Shown one piece after another: positions 18,046-27,517 of a DNA stretch of 64,000 nt. Location of the stretch: the IMG/VR virus record IMGVR_UViG_3300023082_000010, positions 1 through 64,000 of that record. One strand, 5' to 3'. Within the stretch, counting starts at the first letter, position 1. Every line of letters starts with the position of its first letter. Source of the DNA: a virus. The notes under the pieces are model-generated. The model saw only the letters and a list, made by a program, of their open reading frames with translations, searched no databases and was not told the DNA's origin. Made by a program: the position numbers and the translations under genes.

Positions 18046-18819
18046 TTGAGCACACGTATTCTAGTAATTCCAGATGCGCAAGTTAAAGATGGTGTGAACA
18101 TTGACCACTTGAAGTGGTGTGGTGAATACCTAGTAGAGAAACGTCCAGACACTATCGTATGCCTTGGAGATTTCTGGGATTTTGAGAGTCTTTCTTTCTA
18201 TGATAAAGGTACGTTATCTTTTGAAGGCCGTCGGCTTATCAAGGACATTGAGGTTGGTAAAGAAGCAATGGAAGTTATGCTTAAACCACTTAAAGACTTG
18301 CAAGCCAAACAACGAGCAGCTAAGAAGAAAGTTTATGAACCAAGGATGGTATTCACACTTGGCAATCACTGTGAACGACTGATGCGTGTGCCTAAGTCTT
18401 CACCAGAGTTCTCAGGTTTTATTGGTTATGAGCTTTTAGGTCTTGAAGCTCATGGTTGGGAAGTTTATGACTTTCTACTGCCTGTTGAAATTGAAGGTAT
18501 TTACTTTGTACACTTCTTGGCTAATCCGATGACAGGTAAGCCATATGGTGGTACAGCTACAAGTATGCTGAAGAACGTAGGTAAGAGCTTTGTTCAGGGG
18601 CATAAGCAAACACTTGACATCGCTGTACGGCCAACAATTGATGGTAAGATGCAATTAGGTATTGTTGCTGGTGCTTTCTATCAGCATGAAGAAGCTTACA
18701 AGGGATACACAGGTAATAATCATTGGCGTGGCATGGTCATGCTCAACAATGCGAAAGATGGCTATGCTGACCCTTGCTTTATTTCTATTGACTATCTTAA
18801 AAAGAAATACGGTAACTGA
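18046..18819 (+). CDS. calcineurin-like metallophosphoesterase
   Basis: IPDAQ, LGDFWD, LGNH, VH and GHKQ motifs. Confidence 0.85.
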   Translation: MSTRILVIPDAQVKDGVNIDHLKWCGEYLVEKRPDTIVCLGDFWDFESLSFYDKGTLSFEGRRLIKDIEVGKEAMEVMLKPLKDLQAKQRAAKKKVYEPRMVFTLGNHCERLMRVPKSSPEFSGFIGYELLGLEAHGWEVYDFLLPVEIEGIYFVHFLANPMTGKPYGGTATSMLKNVGKSFVQGHKQTLDIAVRPTIDGKMQLGIVAGAFYQHEEAYKGYTGNNHWRGMVMLNNAKDGYADPCFISIDYLKKKYGN

Positions 18820-18822
18820 TAC

Positions 18823-18852
18823 TTGACAGCGCCCCTAAAAAAGGGGCATAGT
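18823..18852 (+). promoter_or_regulatory. putative sigma70 promoter with a hairpin in the spacer
   Basis: TTGACA-18 nt-CATAGT; the spacer holds GCCCCT-AAAAA-AGGGGC. Confidence 0.5.
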
Positions 18853-18877
18853 CCGCTTACTTTAATTGGAGGTGTAA

Positions 18878-19942
18878 ATGGTCTATTATTTGGCAAGTCC
18901 GTATAGCGTAGATGCTGATTACGAGCTGATGAGACTTCGTTATAAATGTGTCATGAAAAAGACAGCAGAACTTACACGGGAAGGTTTTGCAGTTTTTAGC
19001 CCCATTGTAAATTCACATATATTGTCAACTCGTTACGCCATGCCTACCACTTTTGATTTTTGGGCGAAGATTGATTACGAATTTATCGCTGTCTGTTCTG
19101 AGGTTTGGGTGTATAAGATGGACGGATGGGAAGATTCAGTAGGCGTGCAAAAGGAAATAGAGTATGCACAAAGCTTAGGAAAGACAGTAAAATATATTGA
19201 GTGCGAAGATAGTCCTCCAGCGAGAGCATATAAAGCCCGTATGAAAGACATTTCAAAAAGTAAGCCTTTGTATGGTGTTGGTATCAACGATGTTTGGTAC
19301 AGCCCCACCCAAGTTAAGAGAGTTTCAGAAGGAAGGGGGCAAGGGTGCTTTAAAGCAATTTGGCACTGTATAGTCTATCAACGCTGGGCAAATACCTTGA
19401 AACGGTGCTATGATGAGAAAAATCTTTTACTGGCGCCGAGCTATGAGGGTTGCACCATGGTTGAAGAGTGGCATTCATTTAGTAATTTTAAAGCTTGGCA
19501 TGATATTAATTTTGTCCCAGAATGGCACTTGGATAAAGATATCCTGAAGGATAATAACAAGATATACGGCCCTGACAGTTGCGTATTCGTTCCCGTCTAT
19601 TTGAATCAAATACTGGCGGTAAATACATCAGGTAAATGCTTGCCCGGAGTTAACAAAAGAGTTGAAAAGTGGAGAACAAAGCCTTACCATGTATCCCATG
19701 AGTTTGGCTCCATTGTAAAACGTAAAGATTTCGCTACAGAAGAAGAAGCCCACGGTTGGTGGTGTGAACAACGCGCAGAATCAATTCGTTGGAAGCTGCG
19801 TAAATATAACCTCGATGAGCGTGGAATGCATAAAGAAACTGTTACAGAAAGGCTTGAAGCTTTAGCAAAAAGATTGGTAGAATTGAAATCTTGGGACAAA
19901 GCATATAATTACAGCGAAAACATTGCAGACAAAGTGGCTTAG
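18878..19942 (+). CDS. DUF1937 (nucleoside deoxyribosyltransferase-like) domain fused to an HNH-type homing endonuclease
   Basis: N-terminus YLASPYS...VFSPIV.SH...GWEDSVGVQKEI.YA; C-terminus LYGVGIND...RCY...LDKDIL...YGPDSC.FVP. Confidence 0.75.
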   Translation: MVYYLASPYSVDADYELMRLRYKCVMKKTAELTREGFAVFSPIVNSHILSTRYAMPTTFDFWAKIDYEFIAVCSEVWVYKMDGWEDSVGVQKEIEYAQSLGKTVKYIECEDSPPARAYKARMKDISKSKPLYGVGINDVWYSPTQVKRVSEGRGQGCFKAIWHCIVYQRWANTLKRCYDEKNLLLAPSYEGCTMVEEWHSFSNFKAWHDINFVPEWHLDKDILKDNNKIYGPDSCVFVPVYLNQILAVNTSGKCLPGVNKRVEKWRTKPYHVSHEFGSIVKRKDFATEEEAHGWWCEQRAESIRWKLRKYNLDERGMHKETVTERLEALAKRLVELKSWDKAYNYSENIADKVA

Positions 19943-19952
19943 GAGAGAAGGC

Positions 19953-20609
19953 ATGATTTTTAAAGTTGGAGACAAAGTTAAGCTCATTGTTAATGACTAC
20001 AACCTTGACGGCGAAGGTAGCGGCCCTGTTCTGGGCGCTGTTCTAGAGGTTAAAGAAAACTGTGACACACGGGGTTTGTGGATTGATAAGACATCTGTGC
20101 AGCTGAAAAATATTAATGAATATTATTCAGAAGATTTTGAGCCTATTGAGCAAGAGAAACTAAAAACTAAATTCTCTCTAGATGACCGTGTAATCAGCAT
20201 CAAAAACACACCAGAAGTACCTGAAGGATACATCGGCTACGTTGTAGAAGATCCTTTGGTGGATGTAGTGGGACGGTGGGATTATGCAGTTCGTAAAGAG
20301 AATAATGCTCTGCAAACTGAATACTTTAATGAAGATGAATTAGAGTTGTTGAGTGCGGGACAAACAGCCGTCCCTAGCCCGCAAGATAAACCAAGCTCTG
20401 CACTACACAAACAAGTGAGTGGCGATCACTATAAAGATTGTAAGATTCAGCCTATTGAGTATATTCACGCCAATGGTTTGAGCTACCTTGAAGGAAATGT
20501 TATCAAGTACACCACACGGCATAGCAAGAAGAATGGCAGGAAAGATATTGAAAAGGCCATTCATTATCTTGAACTGATTTTGGAAATGGAATATAAGGAT
20601 AAAGAATGA
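19953..20609 (+). CDS. DUF3310 / T7 gp1.7-like nucleotide kinase domain protein
   Basis: C-terminal QVSGDHY...IQPIEYI.AN......GNVIKY..R...KNG..DIEKA.HYL. Confidence 0.75.
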   Translation: MIFKVGDKVKLIVNDYNLDGEGSGPVLGAVLEVKENCDTRGLWIDKTSVQLKNINEYYSEDFEPIEQEKLKTKFSLDDRVISIKNTPEVPEGYIGYVVEDPLVDVVGRWDYAVRKENNALQTEYFNEDELELLSAGQTAVPSPQDKPSSALHKQVSGDHYKDCKIQPIEYIHANGLSYLEGNVIKYTTRHSKKNGRKDIEKAIHYLELILEMEYKDKE

Positions 20610-21349
20610 GTCAGATTAAGGTGGAATATATTAATCACTGTGGTCATGACCTTTCAGTGGTAGATGCGGCACGGTGTAGTTTTGATAAATTAAGTGATTG
20701 GGAATATCCATCACAGTTTCCTGAAGAAAATTATAAAGATCCAGATAGTCGATTTTATCGAAACGAACTTGGAGGCTTTCAACGACTGAAGTCTTCAGAT
20801 GAAAAGCTTATTAAATACCTTGCAACTCACAAACATTTCTCGCCATTCAATCACAGCTTTATTAGTGTTCGTGTAAAGGCTCCTGTGTTTGTTGCTCGTC
20901 AACTTGTTAAACATAAATTTATGCCTTGGAATGAAGTGAGCAGACGCTATGTGAAAGGTGAAGTTGAATTTTATACACCGGAATATTGGCGAGAGGGTTC
21001 AGATAATGTAAAACAAGGCAGTGTAGATGAAGATGCGTATCCTCCAAGCATGAGTACTCATAACGCAAGTTGGTACGGTGATATAAATGACTATCACGAT
21101 TCTGCACTCAACTACTATAATCATTTGATTGAAAATAATGTTTGTGCCGAACAAGCTAGGCAAGTGTTACCACAATCGATGATGACGACGTGGATTTGGA
21201 GTGGCACACTGGGCGCTTTCTGTGATATGCTTAAGCTGCGACTTGATAGCCACACTCAATATGAAACGAGAATTGTTGCACAAGAAGTTGCTAAGATTGT
21301 AAAAGAATTGTTTCCTGTATCCTATGAGGCATTGGTTGGAGTAGAATAA
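20606..21349 (+). CDS. thyX: flavin-dependent thymidylate synthase
   Basis: VVDAARCSF, H.SPF.H, PVFVARQLVKH...NEVSRRY, EQAR.VLP, LR...HTQYE.R. Confidence 0.92.
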   Translation: MSQIKVEYINHCGHDLSVVDAARCSFDKLSDWEYPSQFPEENYKDPDSRFYRNELGGFQRLKSSDEKLIKYLATHKHFSPFNHSFISVRVKAPVFVARQLVKHKFMPWNEVSRRYVKGEVEFYTPEYWREGSDNVKQGSVDEDAYPPSMSTHNASWYGDINDYHDSALNYYNHLIENNVCAEQARQVLPQSMMTTWIWSGTLGAFCDMLKLRLDSHTQYETRIVAQEVAKIVKELFPVSYEALVGVE

Positions 21350-21350
21350 G

Positions 21351-21551
21351 ATGAGTTTTGTTAATGCAGAAGAATCACCAATTGAATATTATATTATTGA
21401 AGTAGCAGAACTTATGGCTGTACGAGAGGGTTTGAAACGACGAGAGGCACACTTGCGTATCCTTGAAACTCTTGGTGACTGGATTGTTTATTACGAAGCT
21501 GGTTTGAGTGCTAAGAAATCATATTCTAAGTTTTGGGGAGAAAGTGTATGA
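21351..21551 (+). CDS. hypothetical protein
   Basis: 66-aa ORF. Confidence 0.55.
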   Translation: MSFVNAEESPIEYYIIEVAELMAVREGLKRREAHLRILETLGDWIVYYEAGLSAKKSYSKFWGESV

Positions 21552-21721
21552 TTAACAAAGAACGTGTAGAAGAGCTTGTAGAATTTATTAAGTTTGAAAA
21601 AGAGTTGTTTATGGATTTGCATGCGGACATGGATGAGGAAGATTATGATAATTGCCTTGTTAATTTTGATGACACCGTTCAAGTGTTGTGCTCAGTCTTG
21701 AATGAAATGGGTGGTGTATGA
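21548..21721 (+). CDS. hypothetical protein
   Basis: Acidic small ORF, likely start MINKE. Confidence 0.5.
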   Translation: MINKERVEELVEFIKFEKELFMDLHADMDEEDYDNCLVNFDDTVQVLCSVLNEMGGV

Positions 21722-21816
21722 GTGATCACAGTCTGTCGTTCTTCGATCTTGAGAAGGTTGAAGGTTGGAGTAGTGCTTGGCAGGCACAAGATAAGAAAGA
21801 TGTGGGAGGCTAGGCT

Positions 21817-22554
21817 ATGAAAGTTGGCGACATCTACACCAATAAGTTCGGAGAAACATTTAAAGTGGTGGAGAAAACCACCAGTAAAAATGTCGTCGTA
21901 GAGTTTTGTGATGCGTATAAAGGCAGGACAACTACTCAAAAAGTACATATTCTCAGGGGCGCTGTTAGGAACCCTTTTGCTAGAAACTTATACGGTGTAG
22001 GTTATCTTGGACAAACAACAAAAGACAAATCACCAACAAGTAACCCTGAATATATTCGAGCTTACAGTGCTTGGTGTGGTATTATGGAAAGGTGTTACAA
22101 TAAAAATTTCCAAGAAATTCATCCCTCTTACGTAGGTTGTTATGTAAAAGAAACTTGGCATTGTTTCATGGTATTTGCCGAATGGTATATTGAGAATTCA
22201 ATTCTGAATTGGGATTTAGATAAAGATATTTTAGTAGTGGGTAACCGTGAGTATGGTCCTGAGACTTGTTTGTTTCTACCGCGTCACATTAATAATCTTT
22301 TTCACAAAAATGAGGGTCATAAGGAATCTGAATTGCCTGTAGGTGTTACACTCGCAAAGTCAGGTAAATACAGGGCAAGACTTTCAGAAAAAGGTTTTAG
22401 AAAACATTTAGGATACTATTTTACTCCTGAAGAAGCTCACCAAGTATACCGAGAAGCTAAGGTTGAATATGTACGGAAGGTTGCTTTTGATCATAAAGAA
22501 AATCTTCACCCTAAAGCATTTGAATTGTTAAGTAATTGGAGTTATATTGAATGA
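21817..22554 (+). CDS. HNH-type homing endonuclease
   Basis: LYGVGYLG, W..IM.RCY, LDKDIL..GN..YGPETC.FLP, AP2-like C-terminus. Confidence 0.8.
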   Translation: MKVGDIYTNKFGETFKVVEKTTSKNVVVEFCDAYKGRTTTQKVHILRGAVRNPFARNLYGVGYLGQTTKDKSPTSNPEYIRAYSAWCGIMERCYNKNFQEIHPSYVGCYVKETWHCFMVFAEWYIENSILNWDLDKDILVVGNREYGPETCLFLPRHINNLFHKNEGHKESELPVGVTLAKSGKYRARLSEKGFRKHLGYYFTPEEAHQVYREAKVEYVRKVAFDHKENLHPKAFELLSNWSYIE

Positions 22555-22916
22555 CAGACGCAACGCTTAGCTATTATGATCTAATGAATCAACCCGAGTT
22601 TAAACAGGCTGTAATGAAAGATGACAAGAAATTGATTGATAAACTTCTTTACTCTGTGGGTGTAAATCTTGAAGTTGGTTATGAGACAATAACTTGTAAC
22701 CATCGTCCGCTAGGTACTAACAAAGAGTGGATGGGCCCGATGATTATCTACGAGGAACGTCAGGATAAGGAATGGTTGTCTAGTGGAGCTGCCTCACTGA
22801 ATGCTCATATTAGTTCTTGTAAAGACCCCTTTTTGAAGGGTAGCCTGAGGGCAGCTAGTGCCCAAAGTTGTCCGGATATGGCTTGGGATGCCGACCTACA
22901 GAAAGAATGTAAATAA
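22551..22916 (+). CDS. hypothetical protein
   Basis: 121-aa coupled ORF before nrdB. Confidence 0.65.
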   Translation: MTDATLSYYDLMNQPEFKQAVMKDDKKLIDKLLYSVGVNLEVGYETITCNHRPLGTNKEWMGPMIIYEERQDKEWLSSGAASLNAHISSCKDPFLKGSLRAASAQSCPDMAWDADLQKECK

Positions 22917-22945
22917 ATTTTTAATTTAATCACTAAGGAGTAACA

Positions 22946-23941
22946 ATGGCACGTATTGAAGAATCAAAGGAGTCTTACACAGTAGACTATCCTCAAGCAA
23001 TTGAAGCTGCTAAGAAACAAACAAGCATTATTTGGTTTGCTGAAGAGCTAGGCGTGGAGAAAGATGAGAATGACCTCCGCACTAAATGCACAGAGGGTGA
23101 GCGACATGGTATCACTACAGTTTTGAAGCTATTCACACAATATGAACTGATGCTTGGTGGCGAAGAATTCTGGGGTGGGAAGGTTCAAAAGATGTTTCCT
23201 CGCCCAGATATTCAACGTATGGCAACCACATTTGCTTTTGTTGAAATTGGGATACATGCGCCCTTTTATGATCTTATTAACAAAACGCTAAGTATTGCAA
23301 CCGATGAGTTTTACCTGAGCTGGAAAGAAGACGAAGTATTGAAGGCTCGTGTTGAGTTTATTGATAAGTTTGCAGCCAGCGATGACAAACTTCGGGCAAC
23401 AGCAGCTTTTGCTTTTATGGAAGGCGCTGTACTATTCTCAAACTTTGCTTTTCTAAAGAGTTTTAATGTTGGTGGTTACAATATGATCCCCCATATTACT
23501 TCGGGCATCGATGCTTCGAGTAAGGATGAGGACTTCCACTCTATGGCATCAGCTTGGCTGTTCAATCAACTGCTGTCTGAGAAGTTAGAGGGTAAAGAGA
23601 TTACAAAAAAGGCTGTTAAAGAGCTTTATGAAGATATCAAACTTATTGCTCAGGAAGTTTATGAGCACGAGGCTCGTATTTGTGACATGATCTTTGAGAA
23701 AGGTGGTATCCGCACTATTGAAAAAGAAGATATGCTCCACTTTGTACGTAACCGAATTGATGTGGTGTTAACTTATTTGAATGCTAAAACTCTGTTTAAA
23801 GATAAGCAAGGGAAAGTGAGTGAATGGTTTTATAATCAACTCTCTACTTTTAAGTATGCAGACTTTTTTAATAACACTCAAATTCAATACGTACGGAATT
23901 GGAACAAAAGTAAGTTGAAATTTGTTAAGGAGTTGGTATGA
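22946..23941 (+). CDS. nrdB: ribonucleotide reductase class I beta subunit
   Basis: E...H...Y (VEIGIHAPFY), EG..LFSNF, DE..H and a C-terminal ADFF motif. Confidence 0.92.
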   Translation: MARIEESKESYTVDYPQAIEAAKKQTSIIWFAEELGVEKDENDLRTKCTEGERHGITTVLKLFTQYELMLGGEEFWGGKVQKMFPRPDIQRMATTFAFVEIGIHAPFYDLINKTLSIATDEFYLSWKEDEVLKARVEFIDKFAASDDKLRATAAFAFMEGAVLFSNFAFLKSFNVGGYNMIPHITSGIDASSKDEDFHSMASAWLFNQLLSEKLEGKEITKKAVKELYEDIKLIAQEVYEHEARICDMIFEKGGIRTIEKEDMLHFVRNRIDVVLTYLNAKTLFKDKQGKVSEWFYNQLSTFKYADFFNNTQIQYVRNWNKSKLKFVKELV

Positions 23942-25632
23942 CACAGAGTTTTGAAGAACTGAGTACAGAACGAAAGGATTTGCAAAGTAAGGGATTGGTT
24001 CCTGACTGGTTCACTACACAGTCTTGGCAGATGTTCAAATCCAAATATGCTGTTGCGGGTGAAGTAGGTGTTATTGGCCGTCATAAAACAATTGCTAAAA
24101 CACTTTCGCAATATATGGTTGGCAAAGAAGTTGAGTGGGAAGAGAAGTTTTTTAATCTTTTGTGGAAGGGTTGGCTCTCACCCGCCACACCAGTGCTGAG
24201 CAATTGTGGCACTGATCGTGGTCTTACTGTGTCTTGCTCAGGTCAATACGTGGCTGATAGTGTAGACAGTTTTTATAAGAATCGTCACGAGTCAGCAATG
24301 CTTGGTAAGTATGGTTTTGGTTGTTCTGGTTACTTTGGGGATATTCGCCCACGAGGCAGTAACATCAGTGTTGGTGGTCAAGCGTCTGGCGTTGTTCCGG
24401 TTATTATGGGATTCTCTCAAGATGCAGCCGAGATTAGCCAAGGTAGTCAACGACGAGGTAGCACAGCATCCTATCTACCTATTGAACATGGGGATTTTGA
24501 TGAGTTGGTTGATACTCTGGAAGCTACGCCAGATGGTTTGAATATCGGATGGGTAGTGTCAGATGGGTTTATTGCAAAGCTTAAATCAGGTGATGAAGAT
24601 GCAAATCGTCGCTTTACACGAGCCTTGTATGTGAAGCTTGTGACAGGCCGTGGGTATTTCTTCTTTGTGGACAAAGCAAACCGTCATCGTCCACAAGCCT
24701 ATAAAGATTTGGGTTTGGATATTAAAGCTTCAAATCTTTGCTCGGAAATTATGCTGCATTCATCTGAGAACCTATCCTTCTCTTGTGTGTTGAGTAGCAT
24801 GAACCTCGCTAAATATGATGAATGGAAAAACACGGATGCAATCTTTGAATCCACTGTGTTTCTGGATTGTGTAGTGAGTGATTTCCTTGTAAAGAGTGAA
24901 GGTATTCCGGGTCTAACTAAAGTCCGTAAATTCACTGAGAAAGGTCGTGCCGTAGGTTTGGGTGGCCTTGGGTTTAGTACGCTGCTCCAACAACGTCGGA
25001 TTCCATATGAAAGTATTGAAGCACAGTTTCTTAATGCTGAAATCTTTAAAAGTTTACATGATCAAAGCTTAGAAGCTTCTAAGTGGTTGGCCAAAGAATA
25101 TGGAGAGCCTGAATGGTTGAAAGGTTACGGTGAACGGATGACACATCGAACTGCTCTAGCACCCAACAAGTCCACAGCCCTTCTGATGGGTGGTGTGTCT
25201 GAGTCCGTCTCTCCAGATCCGGGTACGGTATTTGAACAAGGTAGTGCTGCTGGTGGGATGTTTCGTATCATTCCAGAGATTCACAAAATCATGGTAGAAC
25301 GTGGTGTTTATAGCAAAGAAACGCTTGATGATATCATTTCCAAGGTAGGTAGTGTCCAGCACGTTACTTGGCTTGATGAGAACGAAAAACTAGTGTTTAG
25401 GACTGCTTTTGAGGTGGATCAGAACGTCATCTTGCGGTATGCTTCACAACGGCAAAAATACCTGTGCCAAGGACAATCTTGCAACTTCTACGTTTCTGAG
25501 GAAGGTGATGAAGACCGTATTGCTGAGCTGCATACCAAAGCATTTTTGGATGAAAACATCTTGAGTCTATATTACATCTACAGTCGAACAGGAATCATCG
25601 TAAATAATGTGTGTATTAGCTGTGAAGCTTAA
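23938..25632 (+). CDS. nrdA: ribonucleotide reductase class I alpha subunit (no ATP cone)
   Basis: SPATPV, VSC, SNLCSEI, APN.ST, QGQS, LYY and a C-terminal CISCEA. Confidence 0.93.
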   Translation: MTQSFEELSTERKDLQSKGLVPDWFTTQSWQMFKSKYAVAGEVGVIGRHKTIAKTLSQYMVGKEVEWEEKFFNLLWKGWLSPATPVLSNCGTDRGLTVSCSGQYVADSVDSFYKNRHESAMLGKYGFGCSGYFGDIRPRGSNISVGGQASGVVPVIMGFSQDAAEISQGSQRRGSTASYLPIEHGDFDELVDTLEATPDGLNIGWVVSDGFIAKLKSGDEDANRRFTRALYVKLVTGRGYFFFVDKANRHRPQAYKDLGLDIKASNLCSEIMLHSSENLSFSCVLSSMNLAKYDEWKNTDAIFESTVFLDCVVSDFLVKSEGIPGLTKVRKFTEKGRAVGLGGLGFSTLLQQRRIPYESIEAQFLNAEIFKSLHDQSLEASKWLAKEYGEPEWLKGYGERMTHRTALAPNKSTALLMGGVSESVSPDPGTVFEQGSAAGGMFRIIPEIHKIMVERGVYSKETLDDIISKVGSVQHVTWLDENEKLVFRTAFEVDQNVILRYASQRQKYLCQGQSCNFYVSEEGDEDRIAELHTKAFLDENILSLYYIYSRTGIIVNNVCISCEA

Positions 25633-25641
25633 AATAAACGC

Positions 25642-25670
25642 TTGACCCCACCCTAAATCCTTGCCATACT
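25642..25670 (+). promoter_or_regulatory. sigma70-type promoter
   Basis: TTGACC-17 nt-CATACT. Confidence 0.6.
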
Positions 25671-25719
25671 GCCACCTTAGCTGAAAATGCTTTGGTGGCT
25701 TTCTTTTGGACTAAGATAT

Positions 25720-26016
25720 ATGAACTACAACGAACAATGCAGACGTGACTTCCAAACCAACAAATCATCTTGTGTTGCATGGTATTTGATGGCATCCTAT
25801 GCCTATTACAAACAAAATGAATCCTTGCTGTCTGATGAAGTCTTTGATAAGATGTGTAAATGGATGATAGAGAATTGGGATAGTATTGAACACAAACATA
25901 AAGGTTTTATAAATAAAGAATCTCTATCAGCCGGGACTGGCTTTGATATTGAATTCAATTTCTTTCCTCAGGGTTTACTGAGAGTTATTAATAAATTAAT
26001 TGGTGAACTTAAATGA
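25720..26016 (+). CDS. stand-alone NAD+-dependent DNA ligase domain Ia-like protein
   Basis: ASYAYY....SLLSDEVFD resembles LigA domain Ia Y.YY.D.P.ISDAEYD; no catalytic KxDG. Confidence 0.55.
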   Translation: MNYNEQCRRDFQTNKSSCVAWYLMASYAYYKQNESLLSDEVFDKMCKWMIENWDSIEHKHKGFINKESLSAGTGFDIEFNFFPQGLLRVINKLIGELK

Positions 26017-26210
26017 AAAACACTAACAGTTGGGTTGATGTCATTGCAACCCTCACTATCCTTGCAGCGTTGATTGCTGGAGGGTACTTGTGGCTTGTTT
26101 CAGAGAGTGATAAGATTATTCAAAGTAAGCATAGCCATTCTCAAGAGAAGTCTAGCTTGGAGAAGTTGGCGCCTAAGACATTTGAGGCTATCCAAAAGAG
26201 GACTGAATGA
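26013..26210 (+). CDS. small single-TM membrane protein
   Basis: Hydrophobic N-terminal segment. Confidence 0.55.
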   Translation: MKNTNSWVDVIATLTILAALIAGGYLWLVSESDKIIQSKHSHSQEKSSLEKLAPKTFEAIQKRTE

Positions 26211-26389
26211 TGAATATGATTGACAACGGTGTAGAAAAGTTTATCTCATTTGAAATTATTAATGATGGTGAACGCCTTGGCTATGAAATTACATTCGTAG
26301 ATTATTATAATAAGGTTTGTAAGAAGCTTGTCACCACCATGGATGAGGTTAGATGCTATCAAGAATGTAAAGCGAGTTGGGTGGAGTAG
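26207..26389 (+). CDS. hypothetical protein
   Basis: 60-aa coupled ORF. Confidence 0.5.
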   Translation: MMNMIDNGVEKFISFEIINDGERLGYEITFVDYYNKVCKKLVTTMDEVRCYQECKASWVE

Positions 26390-26391
26390 AT

Positions 26392-26757
26392 ATGAGCGAA
26401 GACTGTAAGCAATGTGGTACAATGATGTGGGATTTGGACGAAGACGGCCACTGCCCAGACTGTTCATACTATCAAAAAGAGGAAACAATGTTGAATAAGT
26501 ATGAAATGTATGAGCCTTATTATAGAAGTCGTTATGCAAGTACCAACATAGTAGCTTGTATTGAATCGGCTTACCCCGAACTTCTGCAAGATGAGGTTAT
26601 TGCAGGCTGGGTTGCAGAGATACATAACCTTGAGTATCTTCTTGATTGTCGAATGACAGATATTGCAGAGTTGAATCCGGGAAACATTAAAGCCATCAGA
26701 CTTCCCGGCAAAATTCATCAAGTAACTATTAAAGCCGAGGTTGATAATGAAAGTTAG
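26392..26757 (+). CDS. hypothetical protein with an N-terminal Zn ribbon
   Basis: CKQC...CPDC; GGAG SD before the ATG at 26392. Confidence 0.55.
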   Translation: MSEDCKQCGTMMWDLDEDGHCPDCSYYQKEETMLNKYEMYEPYYRSRYASTNIVACIESAYPELLQDEVIAGWVAEIHNLEYLLDCRMTDIAELNPGNIKAIRLPGKIHQVTIKAEVDNES

Positions 26758-26908
26758 TGATTTGCTTGAGGAGTTGATTAGGTTGACAGAAGAAGATGAA
26801 TCTGTGCTAGACCTTCGCGTCACTCTTGCTGGTTTAGAGTATAACTGTACAGCTGTTTATGTAAGAACTAACTGGGAAGAAACTGAAACTGTCTTGGATA
26901 TCACTTAG

Positions 26909-27148
26909 ATGAATACAACAGTTGAAGATGTCTTGTTTAGCATGGATTGCGTTGGTCTAGATAAAATCTTTGTTACACGAGAGATGTTTAGACGTGCAGA
27001 ACTAGAAGGTTTTCCAACAGATCGTATGGCTGTAAATTGCTTTCTTGATCAAAGTATGTCAGACTCACAAATCAAACAGAAAGAATCTGTTAAAGGTCCA
27101 CGTAATCGTTGGGGGGCGTTAAGTGAAGTGGATTATGAGCAGCTTTGA
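26909..27148 (+). CDS. hypothetical protein
   Basis: 79-aa ORF. Confidence 0.5.
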   Translation: MNTTVEDVLFSMDCVGLDKIFVTREMFRRAELEGFPTDRMAVNCFLDQSMSDSQIKQKESVKGPRNRWGALSEVDYEQL

Positions 27149-27238
27149 GACTGACAAGCATCTTTCTGGTGGTAAGCGCTCTGTCTGGGTGACATACAAG
27201 CACACTAAGATTTCAGTTTATAGAATACAACGTGAGGT

Positions 27239-27517
27239 TTGGTGATGAAAAGATTTGAGTATGATGGTGTTAAATATGTTGCTGACATCAGAGAAGAAGA
27301 TGGTTATGCATACCCTTGCATTTACAAAGAAAGTAAGTGGCTTTGGTTTGTAAGTAAGAAGCTGGTCTACACACAATCCGGTATCTCGTGGCCTTGGCAA
27401 TATGCTATCACATCCCGACCTGATCAGATTGAAAGCGCTTACAATACAGTCATTTCTTTCTTCAAGAGCTACAAGAAAGAGTGGGAAGGTAAAGATAACC
27501 CTTTTAGCGAGGCTTGA
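27239..27517 (+). CDS. hypothetical protein
   Basis: About 90-aa ORF abutting the helicase-like gene. Confidence 0.55.
   Translation: MVMKRFEYDGVKYVADIREEDGYAYPCIYKESKWLWFVSKKLVYTQSGISWPWQYAITSRPDQIESAYNTVISFFKSYKKEWEGKDNPFSEA

Noticed and set aside
20880-20950. ThyX signature reads KHK instead of RHR
   Set aside because: The catalytic Ser (NEVSRRY) and other motifs are intact; likely ordinary phage ThyX variation.
11302-25632. Introns or inteins in pol, primase-helicase, nrdA or nrdB
   Set aside because: The ORFs are continuous and of ordinary length, with no intein C...HN signature or group I core motifs seen.
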